Position numbers and translations under genes: made by a program. A stretch of 60,616 bases of DNA from Phoronis australis (Eukaryota; Animalia; Phoronida), in NCBI GenBank assembly GCA_002633005.1, contig NMRA01000102.1, forward strand, positions 115,076-175,691, in the 5' to 3' direction. This document shows, in pieces, positions 50,178-60,616 of this stretch. Position 1 is the first letter of the stretch; each line of letters starts with the position of its first letter. Below the pieces are notes generated by a model that saw only the letters and a list, made by a program, of their open reading frames with translations, ran no database searches and was not told the origin of the DNA.

Positions 50178-50301
50178 AACAAGAATTTTGCTTCCGCCCT
50201 CCCGATGCCGATGCCTCCGTTGTGTCGCCAACTCTGGCTGAGAACACGGCCTACCTCTGTACTGGTTATGATGTGTATATAACTCACGAACCATGCATCA
50301 T
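50178..50301 (+). CDS. ADAT3: ADAT3 coding exon 8
   Basis: AYLCTGYDVYITHEPCI(M). Confidence 0.93.
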
Positions 50302-50341
50302 GTATGTTTACCTACTTACTGATTTTCGTAATTGCTGTACA

Positions 50342-50600
50342 TTTTTATGCACCCACACATTTATATGTGGACGCATTATGCTGTCATCTCCGCCCATCTG
50401 GCGTCTGTCCGTCTGTTGTCTGCTGCTCTATCTCCAAAACCCTTTGACATACGTTCATGAAATTTGGCACATATGTTCCTTTCATGGATGGGACGGCATG
50501 AACGAACTTTCTTATGTATCCGACTACCAGTGTGCCCCTTTGTGGCAATTTTAGTATTTTACACTTACCTCTATATCTTCAAAGGTCCTTAATGTATTTG
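50342..50600 (+). mobile_element. HINE/DINE-1-like 5' fragment
   Basis: TTTTTATGCACCCACACATTTATATGTGGACGCATT plus the first monomer. Confidence 0.75.
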
Positions 50601-50932
50601 CAGGCTTTCAATTGTTCCAACTTTTCTTACTTTTTTCTGAAATTCCTAATATTTCCTACTTTTTTCTCGTTGCCCTAAAATTTACGTCTAAGTTATGTTT
50701 TTGAAGTAGGCCTTTTAAGGTTATCAGGAGCAGCACACGAAGGACCTCCAGCGCAAACGCTTCTAACAAAAAGTCTAATGTAGTTGAAGAACTGGCAGGA
50801 CTTTATTCACTCTTTTGAGTGCAAAAGATTTGAGTGCAAAAGATTTGAGTGGGTAATTCTATTGTATTAAGTTGCACAATCCTGGGCAGTGATCCCTGGG
50901 GAGTCCAAAAGAGGACCAAAAAATCCATTTAA

Positions 50933-51945
50933 TTATGCGCCCACATATTTATATGTGGACATATTATGCCGTCAGCTCTGTCCGTCCGTCCGTTCGTCTG
51001 GGCGGCGTCCATCCAGCGTCCGCTGCTCTATCACCAAAACCGGTTGACGTATGTTCATGAAATTTTGCACGTGTTCCTTTCATGGATGGGATGGCATGAG
51101 CGAAGTTTCGGACGGATCCAACTACCGGTGTGCCCCCTAGTGGCAATTTTAGTTTTTTACGTTTACCTCTGTATCTTCAAGGGTCCTCAACATATTTTCA
51201 CAAAATCTGGTATATAGGCATCTATTAGTGAGACGATAATATCCTCCCGTTTTCAGATGGATTCGACGTAGTTTGCGCCACCAAGTGGCCATTTTTACTG
51301 TTAGCATCCACCCCTCTATCAACCAAACCGCTCTAATCACGATTGTGAAAATTGGCATGTATGTTCTCACTATGAAAAGGACGGTTGACAAGGATTTTCC
51401 GACGACTTAGACTACTGTGGCGCCTCCTAGTGGCATTTTTTTTCGCCTGTGGCTATATCACCTAAACCGTTTGCAAGATCTTTACTAAATTTAGTAAGTG
51501 TATTTATATGATGAAGGCATCGAACGACGACGACTTTCGGACAGATCTGACTACTGGTGTGCCCCCTAATGACAATTTTTTTTTTACGTTTACCTCTGTA
51601 TCTTCAAGGGTCCTCAACGTATTTTCATAAGATTTGGTGTACAGGCTTCTGTTAGTGAAGTGACGCTATCTTTTCATTTCCAGATGGATTCGACCTAGTT
51701 TGCGCCACGATGACATCTTTAACTACTGCTGCGCCTCCTAGTGGTAGCTTTGTTTTGTTTTGTTTTGTGCCCATAGCTGTATCTCCTAAACCCACTGCAA
51801 GATCTTTATTAAATTTGATTAGTCAGTGTATTTATATGAAGCTAACAACAGACAATTACAACTTTCAGGCGGATCCAATGAACATTGTGCCCCCTTGGGG
51901 CTATTTCATTTTATTCTGTTTTGCTTTGTTTCTCTGAAGTTCCAT
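50933..51945 (+). mobile_element. HINE/DINE-1-like element, 3' truncated
   Basis: 5' hairpin, (GTCC)n, about 6 monomers. Confidence 0.8.
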
Positions 51946-52234
51946 GACGTATTTCTCAGAGAAATATTAGCAAATTATAAAAGAAAACAGACAAAACTAC
52001 TTTTGTAAGGCGTTTCAGCTTCATGTTTATGTGTAGAAACTAATAATCTTTGTACCCAAGTCTTATTTAAGATCTGAATTAAGATATGTGAAACAGGCTA
52101 CAAGTGATTTAACAATGTGTATTTTTCATGACACCTAAAATGTGCTTCTGATCTGGACAAGTAAATTCATTCTGGGTGTCAATTTTTATTCCAATGCAAT
52201 GTTACAAGATTTACTGAATAGCTTATTCATGTTG

Positions 52235-52875
52235 AGGAGAATGCCACCCAAAAAACAACCTATTTTGTATCAGTTTAGATGGAGTAGTTCTACTCGATAA
52301 CGGCACGTGCGGTTGCATTACCTGACACCTGACGGCAGACGGAGGTGTTGGAATTATCCAATGACGTCATTGGTTTCACACGCAGTCTGTTCAACAGCGC
52401 ACACCACGGGTTACTGGTGTCAGCTTATCGCTTGAATTCATCGTAATAATTAAACTTCGATGTAAAATCCTTAAAAACACACAGAGTTCTTATAAAAACG
52501 TGTTGATTTATTTCGCTGTTACGGATTTATTGGTATTTGGACACACCGTAGCCTACAAAGTTCGGCAGGCCAATATACCTAGGCCCATAGCAGGAGTTTG
52601 GGGTCTGTTCGGAGATAAACTCGAAGTATTCTTCCGTGAAATACAGACAGGAGAACATAGATCTGTGTTGTTTATACTTGTGATTTTTTGAGTTCTAAAC
52701 ACACAAAGCTATTATTATCCCGGCCAGTGGCTCGTAACCCGATCAGGCTCGTCGCGGCCGGACTGACTCGTTATCCCGGCCAGTGGCTCGGATCCCGATC
52801 AGGCCCGTCGTGGCCGCCGGGACTGGCACGAACATAAACCAGCTTGAGTTGGAAACTAAACCTCCAGTCACGAAA
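52235..52875 (-). mobile_element. Right-end fragment of the Kolobok-like element at 1984-3658
   Basis: Reverse complement of about 3058-3658, starting with the TIR AGGAGAATGCCACCC. Confidence 0.85.
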
Positions 52876-52877
52876 AG

Positions 52878-53150
52878 ACGCGCACCCAGCCTTCAATATG
52901 GGGGGCTCGATTTCTTGGCGATGTGGACCTTTTACTAACAAATTAGGCCTAGTCTGTCGACAAAAAAGTAGGCCTACCACTATCGGAGCCGTACGTGTTG
53001 TGAATTGTGTGTTTGCATTTGCACCTTTTTAGCGGACTTTTATCTTATTTCCTTGGGTTTTTTCTACTCTGAGGAGCACTTTTTTGTCCACTTCGCCAAA
53101 TGGTGGGGGGGTTCCTTCGAGCCCCTCGAGCCCCCCTGGGTGCGCGCATG
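52878..53150. mobile_element. MITE with CATGCGCGCACCC-type ends, left end clipped
   Basis: Similar to 55838-56091. Confidence 0.7.
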
Positions 53151-53451
53151 GTTGGTTGACCCTTTGACCGCACTTATCCACGAATGTAGTAACCGTCGAA
53201 GAATTGCACCAGGAAATATAGCAATAATAAGGCTTAGCCGTTGGGCGGTGCGCCACGCGGGCTGAGGGGGCTTTAGCCCCCCCACTTTTTCCAGTACTGT
53301 GACGCCCATGTTAGCGCGACGACGTATTTTGATAACAATACCTTCTTTTCACCAGTTGTTTACATGCATACAGTGACGCATGCACAATTCAATCACCACT
53401 AGTATAGCAGCGACACCGCGAGGAGAATTCTCCGAATAGCCCCATTGACGT

Positions 53452-54212
53452 GTATGTTCCTAATGTGAAGAGGACGGCTGACAATGATTTTCCGATGGCC
53501 TCGACTACTTTGGCCGCCTGCTAGTTGCAATTTTTTATGTCCATGGCTGTATCTCCTAAACCTTTTATTAAATTTAGCAAGTGTATTATTATGTGAAGTT
53601 GACAATAAACGTCGAAAACTTTCAAGCGGATCCAACGGACACTGTGCCCCCTAGTGGCAATTTGAATTTTTCCGTTTTCCTCCGTTTCTCTGAAGCTGTT
53701 CATCTGATTTTTTTGAAATTTGGTAAATTGTGTTCTATTGAAACAATGACATGTTCCTGTTTACAGATGGGTTCGACATATTTTGTGCCATCTAGTGGCC
53801 ATTTTCTTCTGTTTTTAGTCTATTTTGGTAAGCGCTCCTCTATCAAGTTCCAAACCCCTCCAACTCTAAGGATGATTGTGTAAATTGACATATATATTCT
53901 TAGTGTGAAGAGGACGGTTGACAATAGTTTGTCAATGACTTCAACTACTGTTTGGCCTCTTAATGGCACTTGCGCCCATAGCCTCCTAGTGGTAATTTCT
54001 TTTTTTTCGTTTCCTCTGTTTCTCAGAAGTTCCTTGGCAGATTTGTATGAAATTTGGTAAATAGCTTTGATGACATATACCAGTTTTTGGATGGATTTGA
54101 CGTATTTTTCACCCTCTAGTTTCCATTTTTATGATACAAATAAACACCCCTTGAAGCACACCGTTTGCGGTGCATTCGTGGACGCATTTCAACGCTCCGT
54201 GTCGCTCTTGTT
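53452..54212 (+). mobile_element. HINE/DINE-1-like element, 5' truncated
   Basis: Monomer array and 3' GTGGACGCATTTCAACGCTCCGTGTCGCTCTTGTT abutting the ADAT3 last acceptor. Confidence 0.8.
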
Positions 54213-54218
54213 TTTAAG

Positions 54219-54390
54219 GTGTTCCATGGCATTACTGCACTCTAGAGTCAGACGAGTGTTCTATGGTGTCTCACAGCCAGGTGGTGCTCTTGGCTCCAGA
54301 TACAAACTCCACACACAGCAGGGACTAAACCATACATTTCGGGTGTTCAAAGGTGTTCTTGATAAAACTTGTCGCACTTTAGGCAGCTGA
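54219..54390 (+). CDS. ADAT3: ADAT3 terminal exon
   Basis: CSMALLHSRVRRVFYG...GALGSRYKLH...LNHTFRVF...*; completes PCxxC; AATAAA at 54468. Confidence 0.93.
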
Positions 54391-54573
54391 CAATGTCATG
54401 GCTTTAAATTAACTGTTATGAAGTTTTACTTCTTGAATATTGTATGTGTTGGATTCTTGTCGTGAAGAATAAAGGTGATAATCATCAGATGGATCCGTGT
54501 TGTTACCTTAATTATTCCGTTGTTTACAGTTTCACAGGGTGATAAAAACATCTTTATAGCTTTAGTAATTGTT

Positions 54574-54972
54574 GTGAATCTAGTGAAGGTTTTATGGAGT
54601 ACTTGAAATAGTAATGCTTGTGAATATAGTGAAGGTTTTATGGAGTAGTTGAAATAGTAATGCTTGTGAATCTAGTGAAGGTTTTATGGAGTAGTTGAAA
54701 TAGGAATACTTGTGAATCTAGTAAAAGTTATATGAAGTAGTTGAAATAGTAATGCCTGTGAATCTAGTGAAGGTTTTATGGAGTAGTTGAAATAGTAATG
54801 CTTGTGAATCTAGTGAAGGTTTTAGGGATTAGTTGAAATAGTAATGCTTGTGAATCTAGTGAAGGTTTTATGGATTAGTTGAAATAGTAATGCTTGTGAA
54901 TCTAGTGAAGGTTTTATGGATTAGTTGAAATAGTAATGCTTGTGAATCTAGTGAAGGTTTTGTGGATTAGTT
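54574..54972. repeat. 46-bp minisatellite, about 8.7 copies
   Basis: TGTGAATCTAGTGAAGGTTTTATGGAGTAGTTGAAATAGTAATGCT repeated. Confidence 0.95.
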
Positions 54973-55837
54973 AAAATTCCTCCAGACTTGCTCTTATGGT
55001 TATGTAGGAGCTTGATTAGCCAAATATATACAAAACTAAGGATTTTAACCCAGAAATACCTTCTGAAAGAAGAAACCCTGTAGAATTTGATTTTTGATTT
55101 CTTGCCAATCTGACTTTAATTTGGTCATGTGACAATGTCTTTTTATGCGCCTCTCGGGCGATAATTCTCCAAAATCCACTCGGGCTCTAGAATATGGGGG
55201 ATGACGACTGAGGACATGTAATAATCTATATTTATGATCGACATATGTCTCGAATAATAGATAAATGATACGTGCGTCGCAAGCTCGTTACCAGAGATGA
55301 AAAGGAGACCGAGGTAGGCGATATAAGGTCATTTAGTACATCTAGTACAATTACAATAAAATGAATACAGGTAAATAACGTACAATAGGTAATCTCTGGT
55401 AAGATGGGCAATAAAAAGCGCCGGCCACGTGGAAGTACGAGAGAATGACGAAAACTGGGAGGAAGAGGGTGGGAAAATTGAATGAGTTTTTGACGTACAA
55501 CAATGTGGCCGGAACAAAGTGAACTGAAAGCGAGGTTACAATAACAAAGAAAAACGCCCCTAAAGACACGTGACAATCATCAGCCTATAAGAGCCAAGAG
55601 CTGACCAAACTCGAGGCACGTGATAACAGCATGTTTCATATAAATCCAGGACACCCATTTCTTAGATATGATGTTCCAAAATTTGCCAAAGTTGGACCTC
55701 GGTTTCTTGTGAAATTATCCCCCTTTTTCACCACATGCCTTCTCAGAAAGAGGATTAACTAAAATATTGATCATCATATTTAAGGAAAAAGTTTGATTAT
55801 TGGGGGGTATGCAATTCTAACGTGTCGTACGTATCAA

Positions 55838-56091
55838 CATGTGCGCACCCAGCCTGAAAATTGGGGGCTCGAATTTTTGAAATGTGGACCTTTAGTACTA
55901 AGATTTACAGGGGTACCTTCAGAGCTATGAATTGTGCATTTGCCGAATTTTGGTAGTTCCTGCCTTTTAGCGGACTTTTGTCTCGTTTTCTACTTTTATC
56001 AGAGTTTTTGTTTCTCTGAGGCAGACCTTTTTGCCCACTTCGCCAAATGGAGGGCTCGTTCGAGCCTCCAAGCCCCCCGTGTGCGCGCATG
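55838..56091. mobile_element. MITE with a 5-bp TSD
   Basis: CATGTGCGCAC...GTGCGCGCATG flanked by ATCAA on both sides. Confidence 0.8.
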
Positions 56092-57753
56092 ATCAAGGAT
56101 AGTGTTGTACATTTTTATGTGTAAGAATTGCTTTTTTAGCGACGAACACTGTGTTTGGCGTGGTTTTGGAGTAAACATTTAAGAGATTTAAGATATTCAA
56201 AAAATTCAAACTCACTACGTTAGGATCGCATTTATTCAGGTCTTTAACTCAAGATTTTGCGTATATTCAGACCAATGCGACTGTGTCTGCTTTTGCGCTT
56301 AAATCCGAAATTTGGCATATTTGCCAATGTGCAGAACTTTTTTGTAAAAGTTTTGAAATATGTAAATGAAAATTGACTTGCACATTAGAATCCAGATGTT
56401 GCTGATACATTTTTAATTTTGAATGAAGCGTCGGCTATAAACCTACCGTACATCACAAAAACGAAATATTTCGATATAATCGAATTGCCGTTTAATGAAA
56501 TTGATCTTCAGTTGTATTTTAGTTACATTTGAGAATTCTGAAGTGGGAAAGAACTGACAGTTTGTTATTGCTTGAACACGAGACCAAGGTTTACAAGTTG
56601 CCATGTCACAGTACGTCATTTTATGCATGCCAGCAGGGCAGTCTCAATTAAAAGAGAATTCATTCTGTTAGGTTTTGATCTGGTCCGCAAACCTCTTCTT
56701 ACCTGAATTAGGAAGAACGAGATAAAAGCAGCGTGATAGTGGAGAGTAATTTAAATCAAAACTTTTTCATTTCTTCAAGACTAACAAAACAAAGGGTTCC
56801 ACCCTAAAACATGATCCAAAACAGTGGTTTTCAATGTGGCACTGAGTGGCGCTTTAGTAGGGACGTACAGGCTCATAGTGTATCGGTTGCAAATCTCAGA
56901 ATTCATTCAAGGTATTTTTATGAACAAAATGTTTTGGTGTGATACCTTGTGGAGAATTCGTTTTCAAAATTCGACAAAATTGCACGACAACCAATTCCCA
57001 AGAGAAATGTACAATATTTGGAAGAACTTGACCATTGAGTATTAGAGTGCATTGACGCAGACAGTCAGATACATGTCAAGAATGTCTGGATTTGTTTGTA
57101 CACAATGACCATTATGTGAGCGTTTTATTGTTGCCAGGTGGCGTCACATGAGCGATAACGGCATGAGCTTGCTTATCTGCACTTTTGCCTCGCAAGGTTT
57201 GTAAAATAAAATTTACGTGATTTCTTGCGTTCTAAATAATTACACCACATTTTGTTTCAACAATAACATTCTTGAGAATGGCTGCTGCGTTTTGAAAAAG
57301 AATAGTTCTGCAGAAGTAGAACACTTTATTTCAGAACAGTGAATATGAGTTTTGTAAAATTGAAAAATTCGCGAGACTGAGAAACCAAGTCAATTTGAAG
57401 AATATTTTTTGAATGACGTATTTCAGTTTTGTATGAAGTTGGCTTATGAAAAAAGTTTTCGCGGAATTCGAAAGTCTGACGTCACTTTACATAAATGTCT
57501 GTGTTTTGTCCTGCGTCCATCGATACGTAAACTTTTCGCAGTGTACACATTTCGTTGTATTAGGTTATGGCGGTTGAGAAATTGACTCGCGTGAAATCAT
57601 ATTTACTCTGTTGCATATATTGTGCTTCTGTGAACGACCAGAACGTGGCGTCATTCCATTCAGTTTGGAGATATTTTTTTACTTTTAGTTAATTTTAAAT
57701 GCTGATTTTCGTCACAACTGTCAAACTAATTCCTTAAAATTGCGATAGAGTCC

Positions 57754-57791
57754 TTACGTCGAACGGTATTTATAAATACCGTTCGACGTAA
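57754..57791. repeat. Perfect 38-bp palindrome
   Basis: TTACGTCGAACGGTATTTA|TAAATACCGTTCGACGTAA. Confidence 0.95.
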
Positions 57792-58874
57792 AATAAACCT
57801 TGAATACAATTCTCGCAAAAATGATCGTGTTTAAAAACTTACTGCATTTCTACATTTGAAGTAGTATGAAGGTAATTGGATGATGTACGCTAACGAAATG
57901 GTGCCGGCGGTCACTGTCAGTCTACGGACATCTATGACTAGTTTGGTTTATTTATCAACGCCAGTGTCGTTTGTTGCAGGTCTGTCATGGTATGCCTACG
58001 CAGTCTTATCCCTTAAAAACGTTATAAAAAGGTTGCATAACAGGCGGACAAATTCTGTGTCAATAACACGTTAAGTGTATTCTATGGGAATTTGATGCAC
58101 TAGTTGTTTGGTTTGCAATGTCACAATTTGATGCACTAGTTGTTTGGTTTGCAATGTCACAATTTTAGTGGTTTAGTTTGTACGTAATTCATGTGAAATT
58201 CTTCGGTAGCAAGGTGGCGTTTTAATGTCACATTTAACTGTGGTAGCCTCGTGGCGACGTTTTACGCACGCTATAGTTAAGGAATGATTAAAGTAATAAG
58301 TGCCTCTGGGCGAAGTTTATGTCGTTACCGTTTTCATTGTCAATTGGACTTAGCCAATATTACGGATTTACACAGGCTATCTTTAATGCATTGGAAATCG
58401 GGAAATGACTGCGTGGCTATGTAATCGGTTGGACAGTTCATGTTGCGTAAGAGATTTAATCAGATCGATAGACAATTCAAGATATTTTTTTGTGATTTCC
58501 ACGTGGCTGCGCCGAAGGCATATCGATAAGAGGGTTTCCCGGGTTGCCGGTTTCTAGCCCCGATACATCGTCTCAACAACGTGTTAATGACCTCGACTGA
58601 GCCTCACTGTTAAGAAATTCTACGACTGGCACTGCTTGCCGGCAATTGTTAGACAACCGTCGTGGAAACAGCAGTGACCTAAGCCAAGCGCAAAACTTGG
58701 GAAAACTTCCAAAAGTTCTTCAGTCTCTTCTAGAGAAATCAACCTATCCACTTTGTTAGAATTTCTACATCGTTGCAGGCGCATAATACTGAGTTACACA
58801 AATTGGCAACGACAGGTACTGCGTAACGTCACGTCGTCTCATTTATATATTTGAGAGATTATTTATGTTTTGGA

Positions 58875-58967
58875 ATGGAATTCATACAGTTACAATTGAT
58901 TGTGATTGTCACCTTCTTTGCATATAAGGGAACGTGTGGACCTGTGAAAAGCGTAGCAGACGGCCTG
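58875..58967 (+). CDS. Matrix metalloproteinase, first coding exon (signal peptide)
   Basis: MEFIQLQLIVIVTFFAYKGTCGPVKSVADGL followed by a GTGAGT donor, phase 0, compatible with 60150. Confidence 0.7.
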
Positions 58968-60149
58968 GTGAGTACTAGTTTTAAGTTTTTAATTTTCAAA
59001 ACTGGGTTACTACAGACTTAGTGGTGGTTAAGATGATGTAACGACCTCCAGTCGAGCTATTCATACGCGCCTATTTCATACGTGTATTGCAGTTTGTCCC
59101 TTCAATTTGCTGCCGTTTGTTCTCGCATCCAAAGCAGACTTCCCGACTTGATACAGTCTTGACATTTATCACACCTGTAGGCCTACAGCTGTCAAAGTGA
59201 GCGACAGTACTACTCTAACATTGGGCTCGTTAATTTCTTTATAGATTCAAGCGCAAAATCTGTCTGTGTATGAGCGAGTTTGTGACCTTAACTAATAAAA
59301 TATTGCATAATTTAATAGCCAGACAGCTGGTCGGTGACCCGCAGTCATAATGAGTCGGAAAATACATGTATAATGCCAACCCAAGCCCAATCAACACAAA
59401 AATACTGGCTATGTTTGTCTCTTGCGTAACCGACGGCTAACCTGAATAGTTTGAAAGTATGCCAGTTGGCGAAGGAACTCTGGTATGAATTTTGCGACAA
59501 TGCTTTAGACGCGAAAACTTGGAGTGTTGATGAAATTGTTTGCTGTGTTTGGATCTGATTGCTGAAATTAGGAACTGTGAAGAAATTATGTACACAAAGT
59601 GCCTATTGTGTAAGATGAATATAGGCTGATGTTATTCAATATTTTCTGTAATTAGCTGTCACGTGCGTGTACGTAGGAGGCACGTGCACGCGTTTATTGA
59701 AATGAAATCGGAATAACCAGTCGGTCACGCTCATTACCTCTAGACAAATTTTGCAACTAAAATAGTCACAAGTTCCGCCCAAATTACACGGCGAATGTTA
59801 ACTTTACTTATTACTATGCGCGTGTCATTTGAAGATTACACGTGTATTTTTATACTAGAGAACGCTTCGTTGTTTTGTTACTCATACAATTACTTAGTTT
59901 TGTTAATTGGATGAACTGACTTGAACGACTTATTTAAGGACGAAGAATGTGATCAGGGGCGAATTCAGAAGGGGTCATCCAGTGGGTTCGCATCCCCGCC
60001 TCGATCAAATTTGCCCAGACCAATAATTCAAAAACATTCAAGTGTTCTTTGTGTCGTTGTTAGTAACCCTGAACCAGTGATATCGGATTCTCGCGAGGCT
60101 GATGGTTTTGTATATAATACATGAATTCTTTAGATATTTTCTGTTTTAG

Positions 60150-60273
60150 GACTACCTGATAAAGTTCAGCTATGCAGAAGTCAAAGACAAAAGAAGCGGT
60201 GCCCTTGTTAGTCAGAGCACTGTGGAGAAGGCCATACGGAAGTTTCAGAAGTCTACAGGCTTAGAGGTCACCG
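60150..60273 (+). CDS. Matrix metalloproteinase propeptide exon; the gene continues beyond the window
   Basis: DYLIKFSY...VEKAIRKFQKSTGLEVTG matches the MMP prodomain pattern YL.KFGY...AI..FQ...GL.VTG; canonical splice sites. Confidence 0.85.
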
Positions 60274-60374
60274 GTAATGTATTGTTTCTTGGCGGATTTA
60301 AGGAAATCTGAAATAATTAAGGGTGATATGAACTCACACTCAATCGAAAACTTGATCTTTCCGTTTTGATCTAA

Positions 60375-60616
60375 ACCTCTTGCTACTATAGACCTCTTGC
60401 TACTATAGACCTTTTGCCGCTGCAGACCTCTTGCCTCTATAGACCTCTTGCCTCTATAGACCTCTTGCCTCTATAGACCTCTTGCCTCTATAGACCTTTT
60501 GCCTCTATAGACCTCTTGCCTCTATAGACCTCTTGCTGCTATAGACCTTTTGCCGCTATAGACCTCTTGCCTCTATAGACCTCTTGCCTCTATAGACCTC
60601 TTTTCTCTATAGACCT
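60375..60616. repeat. 17-bp minisatellite, about 14 copies, running off the window
   Basis: ACCTCTTGCCTCTATAG repeated. Confidence 0.95.

Noticed and set aside
49417-54390. Active deaminase (ADAT2, APOBEC or cytidine deaminase)
   Set aside because: The catalytic Glu of H-x-E is absent and the N-terminal HLKRV and WP..FH motifs are specific to ADAT3.
12893-60273. Functional cluster or conserved synteny of SERTAD, SYNJ2BP, ADAT3 and MMP
   Set aside because: No shared pathway is evident and synteny cannot be tested from this window alone.

Overview
AT-rich, intron-containing invertebrate animal genomic DNA from a draft assembly (707-bp N gap at 31234-31940, single Ns near 27209 and at 47322). 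I could reconstruct five host genes by hand: the last two exons of a MYCBP-associated-protein-like gene (+, 385-6385); a SERTA-domain gene with a single coding exon (-, 12893-13696, probable non-coding first exon near 23.7 kb); an intronless SYNJ2BP/OMP25-like PDZ tail-anchor gene (-, 30508-31047); a nine-exon ADAT3 (+, 36664-54390, about 329 aa, phases consistent); and the first two exons of a matrix metalloproteinase (+, 58875 onward). The rest is mostly mobile DNA and minisatellites. The most striking structure is a Helentron/DINE-1-like non-autonomous family (about ten blocks) whose ~150-bp internal tandem monomers each carry a near-consensus CTCF motif, cycle as a three-monomer higher-order repeat, form a divergent array between two convergent genes, and twice end at an ADAT3 splice acceptor. 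Also notable are an internally deleted Gypsy element with a degenerate, apparently spliced zinc-finger ORF after the integrase, Kolobok-like TTAA elements with THAP and AT-hook relics, MITEs with 5-bp TSDs, and a tRNA-derived fold-back element. All family assignments come from motif recognition by eye, not from database searches.
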